64,000 bases of DNA from Blasia pusilla (Eukaryota), in NCBI GenBank assembly GCA_050084515.1, contig CM114271.1, positions 7,254,001 to 7,318,000 on the forward strand, in the 5' to 3' direction. The notes under the pieces are model-generated. The model did not search any database, was not told where the DNA came from, and worked only from the letters and a program-made list of their open reading frames with translations. The position numbers were made by a program, and so were the translations under genes. This document shows positions 12,640-27,700 of the stretch, one piece after another. The stretch's first letter is position 1. Every line of letters starts with the position of its first letter.

Positions 12640-14131
12640 ATCATCCCTCCATAAGAGGTGGAAGCCCCTGCTCCCGAACTGATCTATCTTTGGATACCCG
12701 ACCACAGAGCCAACCGCTCCAATCGCTCAATCTGGCAGACCATAGCCGACTGTCGAGTGGTAGGGGTAGCCACCGTAGGCTCTCCAACCACTCGTCCACC
12801 TCTACCACCCCTACCACCTCTACCACCTCGGCCTCTCAGAGCTACTCCACCACGGCCACGGCCTGATCTCAACTCTGGATGAAGATCAAAGCAACGCTCT
12901 CGAGGATGACCTAGTCTCCCGCAATGATCACACTGAGTTGGGGCTGACTGAGGCCCATCCTCGAAAGTCCGTCTCCCATCCTCTTGGGGACAAAACTTCC
13001 TAACATGATCACCTCCACATGTCCAACATGACTGTCCTTGCTGCGGGGCAACAAATGAAGGCAATGGTCTCTGCACAAATGTCCCTCTAGGACTTGACTG
13101 AGGTCGCGTGCACCCCCCACGACTCCCACTACTACTACCACCACCACTACTACGAGGCGTGAGGTGGGCGGTGAACACAGAAGTAGTAGTTGTATCCCCT
13201 ACTGAATGCGGATGTCACCACTCTCTCCTTCACCATGTTAAGCTCAATCTTCTCAGATAGAGCAAACACATGGGTCAATGTGGGTGAATCATCACTCATA
13301 AGAGTAGCATCACGTACCCTACGACGCAAATCTCTGTCTAAGATCCCATACCAAAACTAGATCGCTCGATCCTCGGTCACACCAGGTAACTGAAATCAAG
13401 CGTCGATACGCGTGTATGCCTCACTTAAGACTCTCACCGTCTTTCGCTCAAAGTCCTGAAGATTCCTCAACTTCTCCGTCTTCACTCCTTGATAGTTCTT
13501 CTTCAACCTCTTGAAGAACTCGCAACCGGGCTAAACGATGGTGGGGTACTAGTACCTCCACTAGTACCTCCACTAGTACCTCCACGGTACCCCCACTCCG
13601 GCTGTACTGCATTACCACTCGTCGTCGGGTTGGTGGCATAGTAGGAGCACTACTACCAATACCACCATGGGTGATAGACACATAGCCTGGAGACCAATAT
13701 TTTCTCCATGCCTCAATCTCAAGCAACATGGTCCTTCCTAAACTCATGGTAATCATCCATGGGTGGTCCTTCCAAGTCTTGAAACAACCCTTCCAAGCCA
13801 AGAAGGGTGTAAACAACGTGGCATTCCGCAACATCTGCATATCACACCACGTATCAAACTCCTGCATGAAGTCCTCCAACTCAATGGTACCCATGCACGA
13901 GTATCGTCGTGGGCCCTTCATGGCCCCATATCCACCGTCCATGTCCCAAATCAATGGAGTGCAACACTCGATAACAATGTAGAAGACTCGGTGTTTGGAA
14001 CACCTCGCCCTCCTCTTCATCAACCGTCGGAAGTGGAAAAGGTAGCCGATACCTAAATCCACTCCGTGTGAAACCACCACGTCCGCACCACGGTCCCCAA
14101 CCAAACCACCCGATGACTCTGTGATGACCAA
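12640..14131 (-). pseudogene. E2 gag-like region
   Basis: Two CCHC knuckles (CWTCGGDHVRKFC, CDHCGRLGHPRERC), RGG-rich segment; LEDFMQEFDTWC shared with E3. Confidence 0.75.
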
Positions 14132-15612
14132 CGCCGATGCCGCACCACCACCAAATTACCAAGTGACGTCGATGTCGCTATACTATTCTAGCTCTACTAG
14201 CTATGGGTGTAGGCAACCTAACTTGTCATCACCACAAGAAGTCTCCCATAATCTACTCGTCATCCCTCCAGCCTCACTACCGGTAGCACACAAGAGTAAC
14301 ACTACTCTGGAAATCAACGTCAACCCTAACAATGGGCGCGCAAGCAAGAAGCACGATGGAGGGGATCCAAACACAGGAAATCCAACGACAACCCTCCAAT
14401 CGCAAATGGAAATCAAGGTAACACAATCCACCAAACGTGGTGCCCTCGAATCCACAAAACCCACCACACAATTCTAACGCAATAGCTACTCCGCCGAATG
14501 GTCGATGACGTGCTAGTCGAATGCGCAAAGACCTGAAAATATCACTGCATGGAGAGGCTACACCGCATACTATGCGCTAGAGGTACATCAACCAAAAACC
14601 TGAGATGCATAAAGCGCCTAACACATCTCCGAACAAAGACCAAATGAGCTACAACAATCTCAGACATGGCATAGTTAAGAACTCGGCGATTAAGCGTCCT
14701 CCAGGCAGAATAGCCCAAAGATGGGTGACCAGTTATGCAAAACTCAAATCCCAAATCGTGCAAAAATTGCCTTACGCCCAAGCAAGCAAGCTTGCTTGCT
14801 TGCTTGCTCCTTGCTCCTTACTCCGCCTCTCATGCCCACTCGCCCCGAGCTACCACGAGTTGCCTCGAAGCCTCAAAACGCCAAGACATGCCCCGTTCGC
14901 CATGCTTCGCCATGGAGAGAGGTCCAACCAGGGCGCCCCCAACGGGATAGGAGTCTCCAAAAATGAACAAGTCACCAACCAACCAGCCCCTCTGATCCGC
15001 TGTCCACCATAGCCAGACCTTGAGCTAGTCCGTGAAATTTCGATCAGAAATTACTTCACAAATACGTGATCGAAATCAAATCTGTTTCAATCAGAATTCA
15101 ATTGACCACCATAGCTATCTCCCCACAAAAACTCAGCTACAACCGAGCTCTGTACTCCGAGCTAAAAATCAGAAAAACTTGCTGTCCATACACCTCTAGA
15201 ACCGCAATTCCGACAGCGCTTCCGCCAAGTTTCATGCACGCAGAAATCCGCAACGCTCCACGCACTCGAGCAAATAGCTTCACATGAGATCACAATACAA
15301 GTAGCAATAGGAACCTCTCACCCGATCTGGATGAACTTCAACAGAGCTTCCGCACTCCAAGCTCTCCACATCATAAAACTGTCGAACACGACCAGAATCT
15401 TCAATGCTTGATAACTTCCAACTCCCTTGACGAAATCCGGCGATCTAAAGCGCGTTGGAAAGCTCTCAGCAAGGCGCTTCTTTCCCAACCAACCGTGCAC
15501 CAGATTCACACCTCCAACATAGGCCACAAGCCACGAACATCCACGGCTGAGTACACAATCAGCCCTAACCCGATCCTACTGATCTACAATCGAAGCTACC
15601 ATCGATCTACTC

Positions 15613-15625
15613 CAGTTCTTTGAGT
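15613..15625 (-). promoter_or_regulatory. E2 primer-binding site, self-complementary type
   Basis: Minus strand ACTCAAAGAACTG abuts repeat X and is the exact complement of minus-strand 15799-15787 inside X. Confidence 0.75.
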
Positions 15626-15992
15626 GAAATCCGTGAAAGACCTACTGTCATAAAACACATTTACAATCACATACAATCGAGCCAAACCCACTCCACGATG
15701 GGAGAATCTAGGTCGAAGCTTGCGGAAAACACCATAGCCAAGAGCTCTACTCACTACCAAGGCTAACTCCCAACGCAACAGGCTTAACTCAAAGAACTGA
15801 CTGTTCTTTGAGGGCAAGCCACCTTATATCCTCCAACCTAAGAGCGGGCCCTACGGGAAAAGTCACCCCCAAGTGAGTAACCCCCAACCCTATATATGGA
15901 ACCGCATCTCTACCAAGCCACTACGGTCCTACATAAGGAATGGCCTCTACCAGCACACCATACTCTACGACATAATCCATATGGTCATGACA
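15626..15992 (-). repeat. E2 long repeat X (5' copy, carries promoter)
   Basis: Matches 6360-6726; TATAA on minus strand at 15828-15824. Confidence 0.9.
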
Positions 15993-18549
15993 CTTCAAAC
16001 TCCCCACCGAACTCTGTACCCTGGTTTGTCAACACCTCAAGTGGTGTGTCGTAATGACTCACCACTCGATCTAGGAAGGCATACGCTACTCCCTCACTCG
16101 CTTTGTCAGGCAATGCAACCAACTCTATCCACTTCGAGAAGTGCTTGACCATCACCAACACATAACGACTATGGCGCTCCGTCAAAGGCAAAGGTCCAGC
16201 AAAATCCAAACTCCATCTATAACCTAAACCCATGATCAGAAGTGGATGCAATTGTGGAATTGGAGCATTGAACGATGCTCGGACTCGATCACACACCATG
16301 CATCTGGCAACAAACTGCTGAACGTCAGTCTGCATGCCTCGCCACCAATACTGAATCTGGAGCAAGTTGTATGTTTTCTTGACTCGACAATGACCCAACT
16401 CCTGGTGGGCATGACGTACCAAACGTGCTCTTTTTGAAGGATGAGGCACTACACGCACTCTATCATCCTCCCACACTCACAACACATGTGTGCCCTCCCA
16501 CAAGAACCGTCTGGCTCGTTGTAGGATCCGATCCCGCTCTCTAGCACCCACTTTGCTCGCGACGCTGCCAGTACGCAGGTACTCCAAGACCACTCCATCG
16601 TCGTGAATATCTCGGCCACATGTCGTCTCCTCACCAGCCTCTGGATAAGGACTCTCCATCAGACCTTGCCATCAAAGTCTCAAAAATGTGGCTCTCCATA
16701 GCCAACAAGCCCAAATAGGCTGACGCATACCATCTTGGCACCAACTCCTCATCACTCTCACCATGCCAATGAGCTCCAGTCATATCTCGTTGACTTGGGC
16801 ATGGGTTACGGCTCAAATCATCTGCATCGTGGTTGAGCATCCCAGGTCTATGCACCACTTGGAAGTCATACTCCTGCAACAAAAGAGCCCACCTCGCAAG
16901 CTTCCATGTAAGCTTGTCGGACTCCATCAACCACCTAAGTGGCTGATGATCAGTAATGATGGTTAAGGGATTGCCAAATCTGAAATCTGTGATAGCCCAC
17001 ACTGCAGCCAAGCACTCACCCTCATATATATGAGCTATACTTTGCCTCTGCAGCGTGCTTTGAGAGACTAGCGTAAGCCACCATGAACTCTCTACCATCA
17101 TCGTCATGTTGGGTGAGCACTGCTTCAAGCCCCAACATGCTCCAATCGGTATACAACTGAAAAGGACGCCCCCTGATGAGTCTCCTCAATATGGGCGCGG
17201 ACGTCAATATGTCCTTAAGCATCTAAAATGCTCTCTCTTGCTCATCCCCCCAATGCCAATCCTAATCCATCTTGGTCAGAAAGGTTAGTAGCTTCGCAAT
17301 TGAACTAAAACCCTTGACGAACCGTCAATAGAAGTTTGCCAATCCCATGAATGCACGAACTCGACTCACATCTGTAGGGCGTGGAATGCGTGAAATAGCC
17401 TCTACATTTTTCTGCTGCACACCAATCCCCCCTGGGTATATCATATGACCCTGGTACTCAATCTAGTCGTAGAAGAACTTGCACTTGCCTGGATGTAGCT
17501 TTAGCCCATGTAACTGCAATCGTCGAAAAACCTTATCTAGATGTAGCTCATGCTCCTCAACCGTAGCGCTAAAGACTACGATGTCATCAATCTAACACCT
17601 GCAAAATTCAGACCTGCAAGATCCTATCCATGACCCTCTAAAACTCAGCCGGGGTGTTCTTTAACCCGAATGGTAAGAACTACCATTGGTACAAATAATC
17701 CTTCCCGTGAGGATCGATGCCCCAAAATGCCGTCTTCTACCTGTCCTCCAATCTGATAGGCAATAGATGATATCTGGCTCGCAAATCCAATGAACTGAAG
17801 ACCTTTGCATGCCCAATCGCATCAAAGATCTCCTCAGGGGTGGGCATGGCATATCTATCGGACTTCGTCTGCCGATTAATAGGTCGGTAATCTCCACACA
17901 TCCGCCTATCCGTCCAGTTGCCATGCACATCCTTCTTGGCGGGCATGATAGTGGCAGATGCATACTCTTCATGCGACATCTCTAGTAGTCCAGCTCCAAC
18001 CAAGTCGTGGCTCCTACTCTGAGTCGGAGCCCTCTCCATGTCACTGTACCTATAGGGTCGTCGGAAGATCGACGTGTCGCTCGACAACTCAATGCGGATC
18101 CCTGGACCCTTCAGCGTACCCAAATCATGCATACTAAATGCAAAACAACTCCTATAATTCCTAAAGAATTAGTGTATCCGACACCGCTCTCCTCCTGTCA
18201 ACTAAGGGCCCATATCTGGCTCCCAAGTCTCCATCGTGACTACGGTAGGACTCTCTGACGCGGATGTCGGTGGTTGCTATGGTGCAACCCCATCTCGGAC
18301 AATAGAACTCTCATCTCCACGTGCAGTACCCAGAACCACGCTCGATGTTGTGGCTACCATCTCTTGCAAAACATCCCAAGAAGTCTAAGGGTGTCTCTCC
18401 CGATCAGCCCTGGTGTATCGATCTCCTCAAGTCTCGTCCCCAACCATTGCCTCAACTGTCTTGGTAGGCATGGGGCTCACCAACGCAACTTTTCTGATTT
18501 GTCCCATTCTCAAATGACATTGCTCAGCTACACCTAAGCTGAAAATCCA

Positions 18550-19520
18550 TGTCAAGAAGTTTAGGTCCATCGCCTGACCCAAGACATGATATCGTGATGC
18601 CTCTGGTAGTGACACTACTACCGTCACTCCTGTGGGGAATCCCATCGCTCGCTCTCGCTCATCGACGTTGGGCTTCAACAACCTTTGTACCTGGTCATCC
18701 CAAACCAAGCCAGGTCCGACCTCCTTGAATGCATAGGAAGTGGGAAAACTCACAAATGTGGGAAAGGCTACTCGTGGCATGCCAACTTGTTGACCACAAT
18801 CAACGGCGGTCGATCATCGTGCCTCACTGCCGTCGATCACAGGTAGTGGGGCACGATGATCGACGGCCCGGATCCAATTTAGAATCCACCAACAAATCGG
18901 AGGGACGCTCCATTCTCGCATAAGCCCTCCGCAACACCTCATGTGGTACCAAGTTGGTCCACCAAAGATGCAGTTGGTGTGCTCTAGAACCTATACTTGC
19001 CGGATCTAACAACACTGTCAGGCCGATCCATGTGCGCACTTGATGTGCACTCGTCACCACGTGGGACCTAGAATCGACCAAAATTGGCACATTCTCCAAA
19101 ATGTATGCTGGAGAACAAGGCTGATGCTCTTGTAAATGTCGCAAGATCCGCATCATCTCCCAAAACAACCTAGATCGAGTGTCAGCTAACCCGCTACTTT
19201 GTGCATCACTCAATTGGCCTTGACACGGCCAACCAGCGATGACCAAGTCTATGGTTCGTACCAGCTCCAAGTCCTGCGCCCCCAACAATGAAATGTCCCT
19301 CGGTAGGAAACTCTGGTAATCCTAAATGACGGACGTAGACAACAAGTCAGGAAAACGGAGGCATAATAACGCCACATGGTGAAGTGAAGCGCGCCTCGCA
19401 ACATCATCAATCTCCACATACACGTATTGCTCCACGCGCACTCCTACGTGCAAAAATAGCTAATTTGTGCCAACCAATGCTGATCCCTCCAAAGAGATCC
19501 AACAATCGAATATCCTCCTC
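18550..19520 (-). pseudogene. E1 C5-cytosine DNA methyltransferase domain, DNMT3-like
   Basis: IRLLDLFGGISIG, IDLVIAGWPCQG, YILENVP, AHQLHLWWTNL, ERERAMGFPTGVT, VLGQAMDL. Confidence 0.9.
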
Positions 19521-19899
19521 TGGCATACACCACACAATCGGGGTGGTGTCCAAAGGGATCATAGCAACACTCTTGGCTACGTGGGATTCTTCTGACACGT
19601 CACACTCTTGTGCAAACGTCTCACTCCATGCGGTGTGCACATGCTCATTGGCTAAGCGTCGAAGCTCCTCAGTCGAGCCCCAAAGCGGCACCTCTCTTCC
19701 ACGAACTGATGCAGCTATCATGACATTCCTCTCCATAGAAATGTCAGGAACGGAAGTATCCTCTGCATGGACATGTCCCTCAATCAAATCACTAGGCCAA
19801 GTGATGGCATTGTTAAATACTGCTAAGATTGCCATCTCTCCTAGCCGTTGCTCGATCACTACACCTATGAATCGAACGGGTAATGAACTAAGGCGCCCA

Positions 19900-20363
19900 T
19901 CACTTGACTGCCATCCTGGTCTGTAGGACATTGATTCCTCCCAATAATCCACGGAAAACCCCATCGGGTATAACACTGCTTCACCAACCAAGACGTCGTA
20001 GGACTCTGCTTCAGTCACTATCGTCTCGGCTCGCACTACGGACTCATCTGTAGGATGTCCCAAGTGAATCCTCATCACGACCTCGTGTCAGGTGATATAC
20101 TGTGTGGTACTTGCTCCACCCAAGGATGTCTGTATCCGGAATGGATAATGCTCCACATCGGCTCTCGTCAAGCCCAATCCTTTGAATGACTCTTTCCCCA
20201 ACATCAAAGGTTGCGCTCCTGAATCCAACAAGACGCGCTGCGGACTAAAAGCTCTACCTTCTGGACTCACCAAGTGAAAGACCTCTCCCCAATTATCCAG
20301 AAATACAATACCAGGAGAAGCCATGGCACACTCTATTGCGGGTCTAGCAGGCATCTCCGCCAT
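19900..20363 (-). pseudogene. E1 aspartic protease region
   Basis: RVLLDSGAQPLMLG ... YDVLVG. Confidence 0.7.
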
Positions 20364-23300
20364 CCTAGCAGCCGTAGCCTACCATGAATCTGACTGGACG
20401 GCCTGAGCATCCGCTCCAAGGGCAGGTCCATCACCTCCTCTGCAATCATCTCCAAACGTGATGCAAGAATTCCAACTCCACGCTCACATAGCCTAGCGGC
20501 CAGCCAAAACACCTCAACGGGCATGCCTCCTAATGTCATAACATTGGAAGCAGAAACTAGGGGAGCACGGTACACCATTGTGGCCGCCCCCAACATCATA
20601 CTCAACACATGCTCCTCCTGAGCATCAACAATAGGAGTTGTCGCACTCGTTTCTCCCATTCCCTTCCGTGCTTGCACACCAATAACATCACCAATTCTCC
20701 GGAAACTCTGATCATGACCCATTGATGGGGTCCTTATCGCCTCGCACAATGTGAAAGATTGAGGAAGCCTGGTCTGTTTCCTGGCTTCCCCTCGTTGTGG
20801 ATCCAACTCTACGGCTGCTCCACGCGTCACAACTGCGGCGGCCTCCATCTAGGCAACCCCGCACATCCAACCAGGATCTTTCATATCTCTGGCTGCTCCA
20901 TATGATGTCGATGCCACGGATCTGGCATCCGGTAACCTCAATGTCATAGCGGCGATCTCCTCTTGTAGCTGCTGTATCTGAGGAGCCATCCCAGCCTCAC
21001 GCCTGGCGTCTCCATTGACGCGTCTAGGTGGTGGGACTCTAACTCCTCCACGGGCAGCTCCACCACCCTATCGGGCAACTCCAACTCCTCGACCCCCAGC
21101 GGGACCACATGGTGCACAATCTCTAGGCTCACATGGACCGACTACTCGCTCTGGTGCCCTCTCTGGCCCTCGGTCCGGACGTAACTCACGATGTAAATTG
21201 AAACACTTTGCGCGTGTGTGACCATACCTCTGACATTAGTCACATTGATAACCTCCTGGTCCAGCACCATCTCCTCCGCCATGTTGAGGCACACGTCCAT
21301 GACTTTTTATATATATATATATGACATGATTTTAAGTGGAATTTTAAGAGGTGGTTCTATTTTTTGGAGAGGGGAGGTATGGAATCTAAAGAAGTCCCTC
21401 TCTCTATCTTTAGAGGGATGAAATTGATGGGCTCTCGCTGCAAGTTTGGTTCCTCACCGGATGATTTTAACGACTTCATATAACTGGCTGCATCCATCTT
21501 CTTTATGCTGTCTTGCTGAGTCCACTATGAAATAATTCAACATTGAAAGTGGGCAACAAAACATTCACAACCATGATCTACAAAGTATTCCACAAACTCG
21601 AAGATCCGGAAGGCCAAAGAAACTCCTTTTGAGCCACTGAATCGCAAGAGCATAAAAATTCCTTGAACTAAATTTTGGTTGTTTGATAAATATTCTTCAG
21701 GCATTTCGAAAGACCATACTTGCAGAATTTAAATAAGAGCCCTCCCTACTGCTTGGTCAATTACAACACCCTATTAGTAAGATGCCCGAACGATGCACAT
21801 GAAATAAAAAACTGTTTGAAGAGTTTTTGTTAATGTATAGACCATGAATGGATGAGTTTAATGATATTGCAAATAAATTCAAATTTTTTTCTTGTTGCGC
21901 AAATACCATATATCAAACATAAAAGTGTTTGTAAATCAAAAAAGCTCTCTCCCATTATAATAATAAGAGATCATCATACAAAATTTAAAAACCAAATCTA
22001 GAAAAAAAAAGAAAAAAGTTTGTATGTGACGCAATGGAGAATATGTAAGATAAGGTATTCCGACACTATGAATGGAAGGTATTCCTTGCCAATTATGGAG
22101 AATGCAAGAATGGGAGAATCCTGCATGAGCGGCTAAAGATGAAGGGTAATCTTGCCACAACGGAGAATGTAAGACATGGGGAGAATCGATGCGTGACATG
22201 ACCTAGAGTGGACCGACGGAAGAAAACATCTACACTAGTTGAAAATAATTGTTGACTATTCGAAAACAAATGTGGAGGGAACATCGTATTAGAAGTTGGT
22301 GAAAGATCCATGTATGGAGTGACATAGCCACTCCCAATGTCAAGCACCTGTGCACCCGATGCGCTTATATTTTTGTACTCTGCCGATCGGATTACGCTAT
22401 GATAGTTTGGTGAAGTGGTGCTTGTTAGGACCTTGAATGTGCGGAATGATCCCACGCGTTCGCTCGCGTCGGAAAGATGCCATCAAGATGATTCTCGACA
22501 TGTCTCGATATGATTCTGAGTGGATCTTCCGTGTGCATTTCCGAACCAAATGAGAAGTTTCGGACTTTGATAATCACACGACTCGAGGGCGACAAGTTCA
22601 CTCACTTTGACGATTGCAAGCCGGTCGGTCTATTTGCAGAGTCTCATACGCGTGAATGGAGGAGGTCACAAATACTGGATGAGACTGCGATAGAGTTGAA
22701 TACATGCAACAAAAATTGAATTAGCTGGTCTGGAACCACGGCCGAGCCCTGGTGAATTCTGAATCTCTTTAAATCTTTTGTCTGCACCTCTCTTTGGAGT
22801 AGCCTCCTCTGGTCTTTGAGTCTCTTTTTGCTGCTTTTCCTGAAGAGTTGCCATTTCCGTCCCCTTTCATTTCTGTGTTGAGTGTTTTTCGTCTTCCAAC
22901 TGTCGTCATCCCCAAATAGAAGAAAATTTCAGTCCCAATGGATAGCTGATAGCACCCACTGTCTCACCGAAAGGAAACCGAAGTTCTCCACTCGCGCGTG
23001 TACTTTTACATCTCCTCTCGGTGTCCTTTCTTCCCTGCATGTCGCTGACCGATTTACCGAACGGTAGTATGCGCAAGCACATGCCGGAGAGGCGAGGGAT
23101 ATTAGTTGTTTAAAGGGGTTTCTACGGAGCTGCGAAAGATGCAAAAAGATCCAATTAACTGATACCATATAGCTGGGACTGACTGTATCGCAGACATGAT
23201 CCATCCTCAAACCCAGATTTTCACGGCAGTGCTCATTAGGAAACAAGAAGACCCTTGCAATGGAATGGGCCTATGAACACAAGGGACTCAGGGGAAGGAG

Positions 23301-24770
23301 CGATCCATCTTCGGAAAAGTCGACGGACCACCGGTTTACGGAAGTGCTCATGCTCCCGAAACGCACGTTTCCATCTGATTGTCTCTCTATCACATCGGTC
23401 AACTAACTCTACACGAGAGTCGTCGAGACTACGACAGACCTGAAAGAGTGGAAGGAACACAGGGAATTGTCCTGTGTTCTAGAACTGACACATATAAAGT
23501 ACAAAGACAAGAGACCCTACATCAGACATGATCAATCCATTGTCGGACAAACTTGACCACGCATTCAGTCGGTCGTTGTACTGCTCATTCGGAAATTAGA
23601 AGGCTTCCCCTGCTTCATTTATATACCCATGGATCAGGGTCTCCAAGAGAGTCTACATGACAGACGAGAGGAAATTAGGAAATTTTTTTGTCTGACAAAT
23701 ATCTCAGATATCTCGTAATAACTGGCATTTAGAAATAACATAATAACTCACATTCAGAAATTATGTTTCCATCTGATTTTCTTTATCTTTGTTTCGCATC
23801 GAGATCACCGTACTCTTCACGACACTACGAGGTCCGCGGGAGATCTCAAACATAGTCTTCGACAATTATCTCCAAGTTTCCAAAAGAAGTAAAGTAACAA
23901 TAGTTCTGAATTCGCATTAAATTTCCTTTTGATCGAATTTGTTTCTTTCGTCCGCACAGACTTCAACGAAATCTGCGCGAGTGTAACAAATTTCCCGTCA
24001 CCAGAAAATGATGGGAGATGTCATTGATAATAATAGTAATGATAATTTCCAAAAAGAGAGTCAATATTGCGAACTTGCCAATCAGTCCTAGCCTCCTAGG
24101 TCGACCGAGGAGCCCAAAAGATGCCGCGAAGATGCAGCAGATTCGACTACCTGTAAAGACACGTGCCCGTATTTTGGAGGCTGTAACGAGAAATCCGGAC
24201 TGTAGTATTGAGGAAGCGGAGAGAGAGAGAGAGAGAGTCAGAGGAAGACTGGATCCGTTCCAATTTCGTTTGAGAACTAACCGTGAGAGGCGCGGAAGAT
24301 CGGTGCAAACAGTAGCCTTACGGACGGAGGGAATTGGTGTGGAGACCAGGTCTGTAATGTGCAGTTGGTGGAGTAATTGTGTGGCGCCAGACAATTTTCA
24401 TTGTTCACGATCTCCAGAAGCAACAAGAGTCTAGGGTGGCAAAGGGGAGACAGGAGAGGTCAATGCTTCAATGTGCTGGAGTGCCGTGTGATTTTCATCA
24501 AAGTGGACGCTATTCGCAGTGATCAGAAGTTGTGTCACTGATTGACTGAATGTCAAGGACGAGAAGTAAAGCGGGCCGGATGAATGTGAGTGTCGAATTT
24601 AGAAAACAGTGGTGGTTCATCCAATACGCACAGCAGCAGCCTCAGTGGCGTAGTTGACGACATTCCATTTAGCTGGACAGCACCACGTAGAGAGAGAGAG
24701 AGAGAGAAGCTACTCATTAAGTAGTGCCTATCGTAGGGAAGGAGGGACGGAGAGAGACAGAGAGGAATGT

Positions 24771-27700
24771 ATGGCGTTACATAGGCAAGGATCCGTGCCG
24801 TGGCAAGTAGGCTTGGGGCCATCAGTAAATGGAGATCTGAAATCGTCCGGGTCTAAACCAGGTTCGCCATACAGGTTGCACGATCATTTGAAAGCAGAGC
24901 ACTTAGGTTTGCTCAAGAGCCGGTCATTCAAAGCGAAACGCGGCGGGCGCCTAGCTAGGAGTCGACACTGCTCAATAGGGGCTGTTGTGGTGGTCTTACT
25001 CGTGGTTTTTCTTTTCACTATCTTCGGCGCTGACTACGTGTTTCCAGTAATTCGCAATCTAAGAGGTTCGTTGGCTGCTGTGAATTTTAACTGAAATTTC
25101 TGCAATTCGTATGTTCTTAGAAAGCATTCAGGATTGTAGAGTCGTGATCTACTCCTGGAATCCGATCAAGAGGGTTGCGCCTCCCTTGTAGTCCGAATTT
25201 ACGCAGGGGAGAGTGTAATGCCTATTTTTTCCAGATCTGAATTTTCCGCAAATTATTTATGCTAAGACTTCATTGTTGTGACTTCCCGGCAACATGGTTT
25301 GCAGGGGAATCTGGCTTTTCAGGGCTTCCCGATGCGAGCGATTCGGTATGGATTCACTTCGCGATCATTTGCTTCGATTAGAAATGATTCGTATGAAGCG
25401 GGTCAACGATCTTCAAATTTTGCAGTCATTTTAGCATTTTTACATATTGTATTCATGGAGAAATGTCATTTCTGTCTACTGCTGGACCGCTGGACTTAGA
25501 CGAGTTTGCGGGGTACCAGATTCAGGACCCTTCATGATTTTACATGAAACGTATCGCTCCAATACGAAGGACGTCTGCCACAGTCAAGCGTGAAATTTTC
25601 GCTAGCACTCGCTACCGGCGGAAATTGTTCAATTCTTTTATGGTTTCAATTTTTTTGAGACTTGTGGTCTGTTTGGCAGGAGGGTTTTTTTCTTACAGGT
25701 TTGAAGGATCTTACAAGGAAGCAAGATAACAAGGTCTCAGGTGAGTTACGGTGCTTCACGCCATTCCCCCGTCGATTTAAGGTGCAATGGTACGGAAGAA
25801 AGATAGTGTTCTGATCCTATCTAGGTCCGTTTCAGTGGTTACTTCATCCATAACCATGTGGATTAAAACGAGACGCTGTTAGGAGCAGATTTCCAGGATT
25901 CCTTGGGGCCAGGCCTGTAGAAACAGAGTGAAACAGCAAGACAAATCATTAGAGAAACAACAGCTGGTACGCGTGACAGTGTCCGCGTCATGGATCGGCT
26001 TACCGCGACTACATTTAGCATGGTCCCCTGCAGGAGATGAAATAAATACCTGTCGCCATAGCTCATGCGACCAATTCTTCTGGTTATACTCTGTATGTAA
26101 TAAAGTTGAAATAATCATGTAAATAGTCAAGGTACATCTGTACTAGGGATCCAATGTGAAGACATCGATCTGATTCAGTTATATGAGTTGCACATGACGA
26201 CCATTTTTTGCCTGCATCTCCCTTGTAGATTATGGGATCCTTGTAATGAGGTGTATATTTTTTGTTAAAGATTTACTATGATAGGATAAGATCTGTCAAC
26301 CTTTTCTGCCTCCTCTAGCCTTCTGTGCTTCAGTAACTAGCTAGATTTGAATAGGAAGAAAAGTCCTCATGGTAAATCTGTGTGATGATGTATACTGGCA
26401 CAAAAGAGGAAGCTATGCTGAAGGAGCCTCGAAGGCAACCTAACTTCTAGACTGAAAAGACTGCAATGCCACATTTGGTAACCAAGCAATAATAAATCCC
26501 TCGGGTAGGAGGGAGACATGATGTGTGAGGTGGTTCGGAAATTCTTGACTCAGATAGTCAAGCACCAAAGATCAGAAGAAATTTTTACTAAAGCTGATGC
26601 ACTTGTCAAGACGCAGATGCAGTGAGCGATCCAAAGTTTGATGGAGAAGTTCAGGAGGGGGCAAGACATGATGCATGGTCGTCTATAAGCACTAACAAAA
26701 GCTCCAGTGCTGTTGGACGGAACTATACAGAGCAGGCAAATCATGACGATGAAAATGTGCATAATGAAGAGGAGGAGGAGGAAGATGTAGAACCGAAGTC
26801 AACCAAAAGGAAGAAGAGGAAAAGATCAGGTGCTTTTTATCTTTGATATCCGCACTTTCTTTTGTCCAGGTCATTCAGCACGACCTATCATGTATAGTTG
26901 AAGACAAAGATCCTTGGGATGGTTGTGTAAGCCTTCCTTGCATATTGTTGTGAGAAACATTGCCAAGAAATCAATATGTTGCTGTATAAGAGGTTAACGG
27001 GTTGGTGGTTGCAGCTCCTCCTTGTGAAATTCCCTTTCTGAATTCCACTCAAGGACTGAGAGAGCCCACGGATGTCTCAAGATTCCACAGCTTTTCACAA
27101 GACTATTTGCAAAAGGAGGAGAAACCAGAAGGAGTTTTATCTTGGGAGCCAAGATTTGCTGGACATCAAACCCTTCAGGAAAGAGAGGAGTCTTTCGTGG
27201 CAAAGGATCAGACTGTGAATTGTGGATTTGTCACTGGACCCGAAGAATTTCCAAGCACAGGTTTCGACTTGAGTAAAGAGGATATGGATTACCTACAGAC
27301 ATGCCACATCGCAGTGTCCTCTTGCATCTTTGGCAACTATGATCACATACGTACTCCTCCTGGTAAAAAGGTGAAAAACAGGAGTCTTATTCTGCGTAAA
27401 CTTGAATCTAGTAATGTTGCAGGCAGTGGTCCATGATTACACGGGGATCCTCTGATCCAGGATAAATAACATATGGATCCTCAGAAAATGTGCTTACTGG
27501 GAGCCTTTAAATGACTGCAATGGACTTGTTCTCCTTCCAAGTTTTCTGAGAGTGGAAACCTCCTACTTGAGCCAGATTTGGTAAATGTTGCTTATATTGC
27601 GGTGGATTAATTTCGGCCTTCAATTGTGGTAGGTTTCAGGATCTTCAAAGAAGAAAGTATGCTTTGCAATGTTTGTGGATCAGGCAAGCCTAGATGGTAT

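Larger units (their letters stand above)
6254..15992 (-). mobile_element. E2: full-length Gypsy-type retrotransposon (gag-PR-DNMT-RT-RH-IN-PHD) with split direct repeats, nested in E1 integrase
   Basis: 4-bp TSD CTTC at 6250-6253 and 15993-15996; removing it restores E1 frame GEFE|ALCDQ; ends T(A/G)TCGTG...CATGACA; ORF fragments with CCHC, LLDS, YIDD, RNase H, HHCC, DDE. Confidence 0.95.
15993..21300 (-). mobile_element. E1 (5' part): IN N-half, RH, RT, DNMT, protease, gag fragment; 5'-truncated
   Basis: Continuation of E1 frame after TSD; homologous domains with many stops/frameshifts; no 5' X repeat found after ~21300. Confidence 0.85.

Noticed and set aside
6254-15992. Classification as a DIRS/Ngaro tyrosine-recombinase element because of split repeats
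   Set aside because: Encodes protease and HHCC+DDE integrase in Gypsy order and has TSDs; no YR motif seen; the methyltransferase is C5-cytosine type
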